Positions 39,970-54,200 of a stretch of DNA of 64,000 nucleotides are shown here, piece by piece. The position numbers and the translations under genes are program-made. A model generated the notes under the pieces. That model was not told the DNA's origin and ran no database searches. It saw nothing but the letters and a program-made list of their open reading frames with translations. The first letter of the stretch is position 1. Every line of letters starts with the position of its first letter. The stretch comes from the human T2T-CHM13v2.0 reference genome, Homo sapiens: assembly GCF_009914755.1 (NCBI RefSeq), contig NC_060926.1. One strand, given 5' to 3'.

Positions 39970-40290
39970 CAACCTGCCATACATTATATTAGAAAGTAGA
40001 CTTTCTCTGTACTTCATCGACTTTATCTCAGAATAATCTTTTAAACATACTCATGTTAAAATGTTGTCAGTTGACAATGTCTGAACATATTTAACATTTG
40101 TCTGGAATGTCATAGCTAAAAGTCACTATGAATGGGCCGATGTGGATAGTCTTCCTCAAATTGCCCTCACAGAAGAGATTATTGCCCCTACATTCTGTTT
40201 GCAGCCTCATGCTGCATAAAGTATCTTAATGTTTATAAGATAAAGCAAACTATCTTTGAGGTAACACTAACCCGGTGAATAGGAAATCAG
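39970..40290 (-). pseudogene. Pseudo-exon, 321 nt (may extend to ~40397), Tudor-like
   Basis: aatcatttttcag|...TTG|gtaaga. Alternating frames give NVGAII / GQFEEDYPHRPI / VCLKDYSEIKSM. Confidence 0.65.
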
Positions 40291-40440
40291 CTGAAAAATG
40301 ATTCATCAGAAAACAAAATTTACCTGTAAATGTATTTGGATGGATTGATTGGCTCAGAGGAGGCAGTTGATGTATTTTACAAGGTCAATGTGTTATGCTA
40401 TGGTAGATATCTCATTATCAATTCAGGTTGATGTGAAGTA

Positions 40441-40527
40441 TTCATATTAAATATTCAAATTGTTATGTGCTTATGAATTGATATTAAGGTTTCATATTAA
40501 ATATTTAAATTGTGATGTGCTTATGAA
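40441..40527. repeat. Tandem duplication, period 50
   Basis: ttcatattaaatattcaaattgttatgtgcttatgaa recurs at 40491 with 2 mismatches. Confidence 0.85.
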
Positions 40528-42137
40528 ATATAATTTTATGAACTATATCAGAATATTGCTTTTAAATTGACAATAATAGCAGCCTGGTTCATTTTGGTGT
40601 AAGTGAAATTTCTCATACAGTATGAAAGAGAGTAGATAACAGAAAATTACAAAGCAGATTCATAAAGAATGATGGCAGGCTTTTTTCTTCTTACTAGAGA
40701 TGAGCTGCTGATGTAGGAATTGCTATGGGCACTGGGGTGTGACTGATACAGAGTCTATTGCTGAAATTAAGAAGTGTTTAAATGGGGATAAGAGTACGTA
40801 CATGATACAAAGAATGTAAAGACAGAAAAAGTGACATAAGCTCTTCGTTTTCACCTTGTAAGCAACTGATGGAGTCTTCTTTTTGTAAAACAAACAAACA
40901 AACAAACAAACAAAAAACGCTGTGGAATGAGCAGACCTTGAAGAGGTGCTGGCATGGTGGTGGTGCACTTTTGGCAGAGAAAGTATTGCCAGTAAATGAG
41001 AGTGTCTAAGGGAGAATCCTGCAGCGTGAATGATCAAGCATGATTACAGTCAAGTGACAGGTCTGCGACCAAGTGAACACATATAGGTACAGTGAGTGAC
41101 TTTCAATTTGAGATCAAATTTGAAAACCTAGGGGACAGGAGAACATTTTCTCAATGTATTCTACTTTCCCAGTTCATTGGTACACTTATTTAGATTAAAG
41201 AATGTAGAACCAATCCAGGCCAAGGGAAAAACTGAAAGCTTGTGGTAAATAAAAGTAAGGATATGGCTACATGTTCCATGGTGTCATAGTAAAGAAGAGT
41301 AACGGTTGCAAGAAACTGCCATTGATGAATATATGTGCTCTGGTTTCTAGGTTAATGAGTTTCAGTCATGAGCAATACACTTCTGTGGATCAGCAAATAA
41401 GGGAAAAGTTGATCTAACAGGAGAAGAGAAAGAGACTGAAAGCTTTATCCCAATTAAAGATGTGAAGAAAACCTCTAAAACCTCACTGGAAAATTTATGT
41501 GAGGACATCAGGCCAGATACTTAGAAGGTCACTGGAATATGCAGGCTGGTAATCACTATTACCTAAGCATTGGATAATATCTGAATGTTCCTACATTCAT
41601 GCCTGTAATGACAGGAATGTAAAGGTTAAGTGGGTAGGACTACGACTTTATTTTTTCAGTTGTTAGCATTTTTCGCCTTGGGAAGGACATTTCCATTATA
41701 TTTTTCTGCAGAAAAAAAAGCCAAACATGTTAACGGCCTACAAAATGTTTACACTTTTAAAAATTATACTCATGATTTTCTGAGATGCAACACTGAAAAT
41801 GAATGAGTTAAATTCATTTTGACCTGAGAAAGAAATCCATCTCTTGTAGCCGTGTGTAATAGGAGACACTCCCTATATATTTCATCTTCATAAATACCTT
41901 AGCTCTGATAAGACTTTATTCCATGGACCTTGAAGGCTGAATGCATTATAGTAAAGCTACTTTTGGGATAGAAATCTCTTGGTATCTAAATACACTGTCC
42001 TTGGAATTCAGGCCAATTAGGGATAGCTCCCAGTACATCTGCCAAATATATATATCTGAACATAGTGAAAAAGTAACATTTAAAATCAGTCAAATTATTT
42101 TTAAAATTCCTTTGCTTAATAGCCATTACTTACTCAC

Positions 42138-43272
<1,135 letters not shown>

Positions 43273-43389
43273 CTCAAACAGAACAAAACCAAAAACTATG
43301 AAAGAATAATAATGTAAGCTTGATTTATAGCAACAGCAAAGAACTCTGGTAAAATACCTGTCAAAAACTAAAGATGATTTCCCTCTTAC

Positions 43390-43734
43390 CACCTTCCTAT
43401 CTCTGCATCATTGGCTTTAAAGATTTTATTAATATCATAAATTGCAAATTTAGTCCACTCTGAAATGATGACTTTTTAAATTCAAAGTGTCCTCCTTCCA
43501 TGAGGGTGGAATGACTCTCATCAGGAATTATATGGACTTTGCCTAAAGTGGTCAAAATGTTCACCTAATTTACTCTCATCAAGTATACAGGTAAGAAGCT
43601 TCCTCAGGAACAGCAGAATATGGTTTACATTATGTTTCAAAAGAGTATTGTATTGCTATTTCCCAGTTATACATTGAACATTCTTGGTTTTATTTTCTGA
43701 GAACTCTGTGCCAGCTTCCAGTTCAATATGTGAC
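43390..43734 (-). pseudogene. Pseudo-exon, 345 nt
   Basis: ccttcctcttcacacttctcag|...GTG|gtaaga. SHIELEAGTEF...; LGKVHIIPDESHSTL; EWTKFAIYDINKIF. Phase-2 start matches the exon at 46212. Confidence 0.7.
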
Positions 43735-43899
43735 CTGAGAAGTGTGAAGAGGAAGGTAAAAGTTGATAGAAAATATTGAGGTTCTTCAGTCCGGAAAAAG
43801 CCTTAAGCAGCACATCAGCACAAATACCATGCAGCAGTTTTCAACTCCATCTGCTTTGCTGGGAGAGACCTGAATCAATGTCCCTGGATTTTCACCAGG

Positions 43900-44800
43900 G
43901 CTAAATCTACTGTACTTCTGTTTCTGAGAAGATGTAATCTTTAAATGAGAATCAAGAAAAGCAAAATCAAAAACTATAGGCTGATAATAGGGGAAAATAT
44001 GGATGAAATACCTTCCACAGACAAGAAAATTCCACAACATTCTAAAAGATGAAAAGCATATTCAAGAATATGGAGAGATGAAACCAAGTGAAGAAAGGTG
44101 AGACGAAAGCCTAAGGAGAGGGGATTAGAGCAGAGAGAGTTTGCTGACCTGACGGAATGACAGTGCTCGGGAAGTTAGAAGCTGGAAGTAGGTTGGAGGA
44201 CGGGAGTGAAAAATGAGGTTGGAAATCAGGTAATGTGTTGAAGGATGACTATTTTACCCTTCAATTCCACTTTCGTATATTGTATACATGCAGAGCTGTT
44301 GACGGCCAACCAGCCAGGGATATTTTCTTCAGGGAGCTGGGGAGAACTTAAGCATTTAACTGGAAGGAAATTTAAAAATTTATAGTAATTGAATAACCTG
44401 AAAAGCACTACAAAAACCAGTGTGTTTGGGGTACCCCAGAATAGAGCCTCTCTCAGCATAGGATTTCCAGAGATTATGCTGGAAATAATGCTTATTTCCC
44501 TGTTAAAGCCTTCCAATTTATGCCCGTGTTCACAGACATCAAAAGTCCCTGCAACTCTGTTTTCCACTCTACATAATAATGCTTAAGTAAGCATTATTAA
44601 TATTTTTTTAAAAAACTGTAGCATAAATAAGAAAAAACGGAAGAAACCAACAGGAAAATTTATCTCAGAGGAGATAAATATTACTCCCAGAATCATGCAA
44701 GAAGACATTGTATTGATAAGAATGCTGTTTCTAAACTCAGTTCTGAAATTATGATAAAGAATATCAGCATTCAAATTATTTGCAAACTCATCATGTTTCT
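43900..44800 (+). mobile_element. Old L1 5'/ORF1 remnant
   Basis: L1M-like 5' UTR and ORF1 fragments; approximate. Confidence 0.45.
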
Positions 44801-45727
44801 CCTTCTGAATTTATGTGATTTTCTAGAGAATGAACATAAATGGATGGAAAGGACTTAAAGTAAAACTGAGACTCAGGAGATAGAACAAGGGTACAGCTCT
44901 TCTAATTTTAAGTATACCTACAATGATTTGTTTGGAAATGTTTGCAAGTATTAAAGAATAGGGCAGATTATGCCTCTATATATTGTGTAGTTTGTAAGTT
45001 ACTAAAGAGCATAGACCATGTCTAATATCGTCTTATCTCCAGGGTTTCGCACAGTGACTATCACACTTTGCATAATCATTAGTAGTCCCATGAACATTAA
45101 TTATTTGCCATTATGTTGTAAAGAAGGCATGCCAAACTTAAATTACTCTAGCCTAATAATCAAAATGTAAACAATCCCTAAATAATAATGGAAGCAGGAC
45201 ACTGTGCTTGTCCTTGAAAAAGTAAAAAAGTATAAATCAGAACTCAAGAAATTGACCATTTAGTAAGAAATCTGCTGAATTTTGTAGCAGATTTCTTTGT
45301 TTCATCTCTTTAGCCTGTCATGCACTCTTTAGTTAGTGACACTGTACCACACTGTGACAATGCCATTATCTTTCCTTCCCCCTCACCCACCCCATATGTG
45401 AACAATAGAATGCCTCTACTGGGCGCTTTATTCCTTGCAGTTTTTCATTCTCCACCCATCTCTAATTCTAGCTAGTCTCTGTCCCCTTAATCTGGCTAAT
45501 TCCAAGTCATCATTTATATCTATCTTATTTTAGATGTTAACTTTCTTTGAAAACTTCCTATAGTCTAGATGGTCATACATAATTCATGGCATTTACAGTT
45601 TCAATTGCTTTTTCCTGAAAACATTACTCCACTGCTCTGCAAGCTCCCAGTTATCAGCATTGTTGTCTACGTTGCTTATGCTGTACCCTGAGCACTTAGC
45701 ACAGTGGCTGTCACAGGTAAGTGCACA

Positions 45728-45731
45728 ATAC

Positions 45732-45765
<34 letters not shown>

Positions 45766-45854
45766 GTATTGTGTATATATATATGTATTGTGTATATATA
45801 CATATATATGTATTGTGTATATATATATATATGTATTGTGTATATATATATATA
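45728..45854. repeat. (TA)n minisatellite with a recurring tatgtattgtg unit
   Basis: Four copies of tatgtattgtg separated by TA runs. Confidence 0.9.
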
Positions 45855-46211
45855 CTGAATTGAAATTAAATGTTCTCATTGGATCTCACATACTAACAAA
45901 AAAATGTCCTATTGAATAATCACACGTCTGCAAGTATATATCATTGACAAAATATGTTGGTGAATGGAAGTAAGCATAATGCTTTTTACTCAGCTATTTA
46001 TTGCATGAACCATACAATTGTCAACTCAACCATGACTCTTTTTCATGAATATACACATAAGAACACCAGGGCCCCGACAGTCAATTATTTATGTGGTCCC
46101 GACTACCAATACAGTTTGCTAATGCTAAATTGATTATGTAATAACCTGCAATGATAAATAGGAAAAACATCATATTGACCTTCTAAGTATCTGATTCTAT
46201 CATATCCTTAC

Positions 46212-46606
46212 CTTTTGCTTGTACTTTAATGGATATTTATGAAACTTATGGGAATCCGTTCAAAAAATACCACACCAAGTTTTCCATGAAGCCACTGGTT
46301 ATTATTTAGCAATGAAGATTATTGTTTATGCATTATTACAAAATGCTGGCTATGGGATTTTCTCTGCAAGCAACCCCATAACCTTGCACCTATTCTTTCA
46401 ATCATCTAGCTTTAGATCAGGCTAAAAAGCCAGGGTCTAAGCAGCCATTTAAAAGGAATAATGACCTACTTTTTATTTGAGTATCTCAAGGCAAAGATTA
46501 CCTCTCTTGAGATCTAACCTTCTCCACTTTACAGCATGCCACTGGATGAAATATTCAGAGAAACTCTCCCTCTTGTTTTCTTTTCCTTTTTTTTAAACAA
46601 CTTTTG
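46212..46606 (-). pseudogene. Pseudo-exon, Tudor-like
   Basis: Perfect donor AAG|gtaagg; acceptor decayed (ttcttttttatctgg). RESFSEYFIQWHAVKWRRLDLKRGNLCL...IFIAK / LNNNQWLHGKLGVVFF, resembling DNQWYRGKI. Confidence 0.7.
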
Positions 46607-47674
46607 CCAGATAAAAAAGAAAATAGAAGGCATAACCATCAAGAAGTGTTGGGTGGAGATGCATTGGAAAAAGCAGAGAGAGAGAAGGAAAGGTTTCAAA
46701 GATAAATGAACTTCCCTATGTCAACTATTTGGCTGTAAACATTTTAGGCAGCTGGTTGTGTAAGAATAATGTGCATTAAGCAAGGGGTGTATGTAAGAAA
46801 AATATGCTCCTTATCTAATAATTTACAAATACAGAATGTCAACAGCATTCCCTTATCTCCAAATTTTTGTTCTTCACTCATACATTCCTCCATTTGTCAC
46901 ATGTGCCTACATATTAACCTTAAGCAAAGGTTATATATGCATACCCACGAATTAATAAAAGCAATGAAACAAGGTAAGATTTTATGCATACTCCGCATAG
47001 AATACTACCAATTAAAATAAAACAAAATCCTTATCTGTACTTTGTCAATAAATCTACAAAGACTTCTTAATGTTAGAATGTTGTATTATAAAGTATGATA
47101 AATAATGTTGATATTAGTGTTGTTTAGTAGAAAGCCCAAAGCATTTTATGCATCTAAGCAATTTATATTTTGCAAACATTTCTCCCTCTGTCTGTACTTA
47201 GATATACATCTGCTATTCCTTCATATTAATAAGCATTAGGGTAAAAAGGTTTCAATGGATCAAACGGAAAACTTTCAGTTTCTTATCCCTTTTCACCTCA
47301 TAATACTTTAATATTTTTTTCTGTGTTATTCTACAGACAGATCAAGACATAATTTCTAAATAGGTGACCTTAGGTACAGTGTGTTTTTGTATACGGCTGA
47401 TCTTAAGAAATAGAACAACATTCATTTGTCTCTAAGTTTATCATTCTAAAAAATGTTAACATTCATATAAAAATCATCAGTCTCGGAAAGGTATGTGTTA
47501 AGCATAACTATCTAAGAAAGATCATCAAAACAAATGATTACTAGGACATGCTAAGTTCTCTAACAACTGTATTTCAGATATATAAATTATTCCACTGGAA
47601 ATAAATGTAATGAAGAATGAGGGATCAAATACAAAACAAGATGAAAGAAGCCAAGAAAAAATATATAGACTCAC

Positions 47675-47778
47675 CAAGAAAGTATTTTTAATAAAGGTTA
47701 AATATATTAAAAATTATATTAAATGCATATTTGGGATCCAATATTTCATCCAAGAAATTGGAGTGACGATTTAACTTG
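47675..47778 (-). pseudogene. Pseudo-exon, 104 nt (phase 2 to 1)
   Basis: atatcttatttcaag|KLNRHSNFLDEILDPKYAFNIIFNIFNLY*KYFL|gtgagt; phase fits the exon at 46606. Confidence 0.6.
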
Positions 47779-48331
47779 CTTGAAATAAGATATGAATAAA
47801 AATATACGGATAGACCCTTTTTTCTCCACATTAAGTGGAAATTTTTTTAAAAAAACATGGAACTCTAGCATTAAGAAATTAAATCTATATGGAGTGTTAT
47901 ATATGATCATGTGATATGCACATTCATCTTTTACACAATAATGCTTGAAGCTTCTATGTCTAATCCCTATAAAGGAATAGCTGTGAAAAGAGGTTAACGT
48001 GGAAATTTAATAATAATATTTCCTATATATTTATACATTCTACAAGTTAGACTTCACTTTTATACTCATTAATTAATTTAACATTCATACTAACCCTGGA
48101 GGGAAGCTTTTATGATACCAATTTTACAGATGAATAAACAAGTTGAGGAAAAAAGTAACTTGTAGATTACAGAGGTCAAAATGGTGAAGAGTCTTTCTCT
48201 TGACTCATCGTTCAGCATTCTCTATTTCCCAGACGCTAAAAAGTTTAATAAAAATGAGAATTTTACAGTTATGTTAAAGTTTTGAGAAATTCACATATGT
48301 GTGAAATTTGCATGTAAATTGAGAAATTTAC

Positions 48332-48557
48332 CACCACTTTGACATGACAATCTGAGCTTCACCATTATGTGATAATTTGAGCTATAGGTTTTCTGGTTCA
48401 TTTGCTTTAGTGATTGGAAGAAATGTTTTAATCTTAATTTATATTTTTTTCTTAATTTTATTGTTGAAAATACTGTACTGGACACAATCTCATATAAACC
48501 TTTTTGTCATGTTCAACTGGGTCTATTTAAACCCTTCTGACTCATTTTCTGTAATTC
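48332..48557 (-). pseudogene. Candidate pseudo-exon
   Basis: atttcctaactag|ELQKMSQK...58 open codons...|gtaaat. Confidence 0.45.
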
Positions 48558-48661
48558 CTAGTTAGGAAATTTTGAAAATAATTTTTTATTTTAAATAAAA
48601 ACTATGTCATCTATTAGATGTGCAACTCACTAGGGTGTCAGTTTGGACAGGTGATTTTTTT

Positions 48662-48936
<275 letters not shown>

Positions 48937-48952
48937 TGATTTTTTTACATAC

Positions 48953-49307
48953 TTCCTTATTATTTTATAATTTGTAGACCAAATTTTTTTGAAAATTTCA
49001 AACTTTGAGAAATAGAAAATGCCTGAGCTAAGAAGGCACTCTTTTCTAGCTATTGCCAAATGGATGAAGTCATAAAATCCAGGAAGCAGGTAAGCCATGG
49101 AGTATTCACTTGTAGGTTTTTCCACGGGACAAAAATCTTTTTGAGATGGTTGGTGCTAAAACTACTCCGTTTACCTTGTATGTAGATTTCAAAATACACA
49201 CAACCATTTAAAGTATATTTGATACTCTGTTTACTTTGAATGAACCAATAAGTACCAATGAAAATAAAACATGACTTAGAAGCCCAGAGCCAAAATAACT
49301 TGGCTAT
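48953..49307 (-). pseudogene. Pseudo-exon, Tudor-like
   Basis: ctttcattataatacag|...GAA|gtatgt. RFLSRGKT / EYSMAYLLPGFYDFIHLAIARKECLLSSGI...KIWST, resembling LxxFxxLPxLAIxCxLxGI...WS. Confidence 0.65.
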
Positions 49308-49506
49308 CTGTATTATAATGAAAGATTTAAAAATCCCGCCTTTCTCTTCGTTTCTTCCTCTTTTTTCTTTTTTCTTTTCTTTTCTTTCTCTCTCTTTCTC
49401 TCTCACTCTTTTTCTTTTTGTTTTAATGGACTTCTCAAGAAGTACTTATCAATGAATGCTTGTGTTACCAGTCTACCCTTCAGCAGTTATAATTAGACCT
49501 TTATAC

Positions 49507-49572
49507 CTTCATGAAAAATCTTTGTATTGGAATCTGAATAACATATATCATTACCTTTACAAATTATGTTGG
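49507..49572 (-). pseudogene. Candidate pseudo-exon, 66 nt
   Basis: tttctgagttacag|...AAG|gtataa. VKVMIYVIQIPIQRFFMK, or the fully open frame NIICKGNDICYSDSNTKIFHE. Confidence 0.4.
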
Positions 49573-50080
49573 CTGTAACTCAGAAATAAAATGCATCTTG
49601 ATTAAAGAAGCCCATGTGATTTAACAAAAGTGCCACATTCATGAAGGCAATTCGTTAACAGATATTAGGATTTATGCCTGTATTTGTATTTCCCGAACAA
49701 TTACTTACATGAAAAAAAATACATACAAGAATTGTCCAAGTCTCAAAACTGCCTCTAAATCATAAAAATTTTCCCTCCCTCCCTCCTTCCCTCCCTTTCT
49801 TCCTGCCTGCCCTACCCCCTCCCTCCTTCCATTCCTTCCTGTGGCAGAGTGGGCTACCAGGTGATCCCACACTAAGACACCTTGCAGGGCTTTTCAAATA
49901 AATATTGCTTTATTTAATTGTCACAAACCAGCTGTAAGACATTACTAAGACTACCTCACAGTGATATACTCATAGTTGTACATATGTATAGCTTAGGAAG
50001 CAGTAAAACCATGAAGGAAGCTATGCTGGTAACCATGAGGAACACAGAAATCAACAAGAGGATATTCTAAATAGAATATT

Positions 50081-50110
50081 TAGATCTAGATCTAGATCTA
50101 GATCTAGATC
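50081..50110. repeat. (TAGATC)5 self-complementary hexamer repeat
   Basis: Direct inspection. Confidence 0.95.
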
Positions 50111-50189
50111 GAATTTAGGTGGTCAAGGATGCTAACAATCATAAACTTTATAACCACCTATATATACCCATTAAGAAAGCCTAATTTAT

Positions 50190-50529
<340 letters not shown>

Positions 50530-51150
50530 CTAACTAATTTGAACAAACACATACAGACAAGGCTCATTAAAAATAAATGAAATGAAGTAAACATTTAGCA
50601 AGAAAATATAGGTCTTTGGATATTATTTGGTAATAAAAATACCCTGATTGGATAGTAGTTGGAGCCAATGTGAGGTGTGTGCAAAGGCTGAGTCTATGAG
50701 GTATTTGGCTCCATGACATAGCAGTCAGGCAGAAAATATTCTCTCAGAGAAGTGAGACCATAGCCATAGACACAAAACCCCTGTTGCCATTGAAGCTGTG
50801 TATCAACTTGGGATAGAAAGAAAATACATATGTAGATATATATTTCATTAAGAAGACTTACTATCTTTTGATTTGGTTTACTTATTTGTGAATTTCTTAT
50901 TTAATATTTGGAGAAAATATGACTGTGGGTCAAATTCACAATGTGTTCCTGAATAGCAGAACATTAGTGAGGACTGGAGGAAAGGAAATTGTTATTCCAA
51001 TTAAGCAAAGGGCTCACCATTTTTTTCCACCCATGAGACTTGGTTATTTAACTTTGAGGAAAATACAGAATGTAAAAATAAATTTATGAAACTAGATTTA
51101 TTTCTCTTTACAAACAATGATTTATGCTATATAGAAATCGTTGTCCTTAC

Positions 51151-51222
51151 ATGTGCAAAATAATGTCATTGTTTACTACAATACTGAGCATGTTAGCTTT
51201 TTACATCATGACACATTTTATG
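51151..51222 (-). pseudogene. Candidate 72-nt pseudo-exon, Cys/His-rich
   Basis: gattctttctcaacag|HKMCHDVKS*HAQYCSKQ*HYFAH|gtaagg. Confidence 0.4.
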
Positions 51223-54200
51223 CTGTTGAGAAAGAATCTTTGGTTTTTTTCTTTCTTTCCGACCTGCCCTGTGCCCTCCAACCTCTTCATTTGGGCTTTT
51301 TCAACTTAGGGGCATTGCTTTTTATTTTTTGAGTTAGTAAGGATGGCCGGGACAGCCACCTCCTCTTTTTTAATTTTTAGAAAATATTTAAGTATTTTTA
51401 AGTATTTTGGATTGGATAACAACAAACAGAATATTGCCTATTATGTTTTCATCAGTGCTAACAGAAAAGTTTCCAACATTATTTTCCCATAGAAACAGTG
51501 TTCCAAATAGTTCTTAGAGCTTTAGCATAGTCCTCAAATGCCTACTTACGCCAAAATATATTTGAAGTATCTTACCATTTAAATGTCATCTAGAACAGTT
51601 TTTCTCAAATGTGAATAATATATAGAAAGTCTCAAAGAAAAGCAAAGTTTTTCAAACTCACCGGGTTCAGCTACAATATTTCTTAGTCACCTTTTACTTA
51701 ACCATCTATAAATATAAAACTAGGATTAATTTTAACATAGTATATAGTGCTTACAAAATCAAAAATAACAGATTAAATAAAAACAAATCAACAATGACAA
51801 CTAAATCTAAACTAACTCTAACTTAAAGTGACAAATGATGCTGTTTACATGAAACCATACTGCCCTTCTGACATAAATATGGTGCTATATAACTCTATAC
51901 ATGTTTATGTACTAAATGACCCAATTGCCCCATATGTCATTTTTCTGAACATTTCAAATTATTATTGATAAAGCACATTTTGAAATTCTTTTCCTTCATT
52001 TGATATGGATGGAACATGATAAGTCCACATCGATTAAGATGCAATGTATGGTACCAGAACAATCACAAATGCAAACAAAAATGTAGGCATCATAATTAGC
52101 TGCCCATATTTTAATGTAATATATTTAGATTTTTGTTGACATAAATACAAACATAAAATAAAAATTATCATAGTGAATTTTTAAGCTCAAAATGTCTAGA
52201 TCAGTTTTGAAAATGCTGATTTAAAACACCATTGTGTGTGAAAATGCATTCCAAATCTAAAAATAGATGATCGAAATTGATTTGCCCCACATTGGTATCT
52301 CAGGGATGGAACTGGGCATAGTCCCAGTGATGGACCCTGTCTCTTGATAAGTTGATACCTGTCAAACTTAAATGTCCTCTATACCCAATCTTTCCCAATT
52401 GATACCACCACATGTTAGGGTACGGCTTCCAGATCCAAGCTATATCATTGCCTGATTTCCTGAGGAGTTGGCTCATAAATTACATGTTCATAGGACATGT
52501 ATTCCTGTTCTGGAATCAAATAATTATAAAGACTTAGAAGATTGATTTTAAAGTATAATCTTAGTCCTCTGAGTTTAGGTCAGAAAAAGTCCAAAACATT
52601 CAGTCTAAGTAGCTGTCTATTCTCACCAAAAAAAGACACACTGTAAAGATCATTCAGGGAAAAGATAATGGAAAAGAAAAAATGTAAAATAAAGTTGAAA
52701 GGCAAAATAAGAAAAAATAAAATAAAACCAACAGGTAGCTGATGCTAGCACTCAATTGTTCAGATGTCTAGGCTTGTCAATTGACTGTTCACACAAAAAT
52801 CAGCATGAAGGATGTTACTTAGGGCTGATATTGCCTCATCAAGTAGTACCAGGTCAGCAATATCTAATTTTTGCGCCACATGAGACAGTCAGAATAATGT
52901 GTGAGCTGAATATTTTACAGAAGCTTAATATGAGTCTAAATAGAGGTATACAACCTAAGGAGTTCCACTCCCTCCCTCCAGTGACAGCTCTGTATTAGCC
53001 CACAAAGGCCTGCCCATGTACAAAGATATGATTTTTTTCCAGTTCCATTTTGTCTATGCCACATCAGAAATGGCATACATATCAAAGTGCCATTAGGAAG
53101 TTTGACTGACTGCTTTTTGGTGTGGAAAACTGTTTAATATAAAGAAACTAACCATCTGCTCAAAATACTCAGTTTTTTTAGCCAATATAATTTAGCTCAG
53201 CTTGTCCAGCAGTCACCAGAATATTCAAAACAAACCTGCATAAATTTCACAACTTCTCCCAAAACACGGTTATAAATTTTTCCATTAGCTACATGTGCAA
53301 AAAGGATTGTGCATACACACACACGCGCACACACTTACATGCATATGTATATATACATGAACGACAGTCTGACAGTGACCATACAGAATTTCATAGATGA
53401 TATCTGAATCAAGTGGTCATCTTATTGGGCCCAAATATCTCACAGTCTATCCCATCTCAAATTAACTCAATGAAAACCCACAGTCTTTACAGGCATTTGG
53501 GGTTAAGTTTTAGCCTGATTTGTTTGCTTTCTCTCTTTCATTTCCACATGACACAAGTAGGATTTGTTCCCTTCTGTGATTTGCTGATCAAACTCTGGCT
53601 TTTGTCTGGTTCAAACAAAACCTTGATATGCTGTCTCTGTCCTCCATCGCCTCCACCATTTCTCTGTGCCTCCCTCAAAGGCTGCCGGAAAGTCATGGAG
53701 CCAGGCCTCAGGCACTATTCCTCCTCTGGAAGGATATCCAGAGCTACAAAGGGCTCCCATGTGTGGTTAAAACAGAACACAGAGTCACTTTAATACCATA
53801 AAAATATTTCCGTGGTCTTTAGATTGGCTTAAACTTATTGAAGTCAAGTCTTTGACTCATGGGCTCAAAAATCAGTTTTAATCTTGTTTTAAGGTGGTAA
53901 ATTATCCTGATTAAAAATCAGTGATTGATCTGACACATTGTTAATTGTAGAAGATTAATTATACCAGGAATAAGAAAAGGAGAATGAAACCAATCCAAAT
54001 TCACATATGATAGATGATGTATTCTTCACATTAAAAGTACTTCACAGGATGGATTATCTTCAACCACCTGTCAGACCATATATGAAAGCCTCTGGCATCT
54101 AAGGGCAATGAGAAAAACGGCAGGCAACATCATATAAAAAATGCCAGCAGGAAGTAAATTTGTTGTGGCAGCAAGTGTTACATCCTTATTATCAGGAGAT

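Noticed and set aside
53413-53793. 126-aa plus-strand ORF
   Set aside because: GTG start, no recognisable domain and no splice support.
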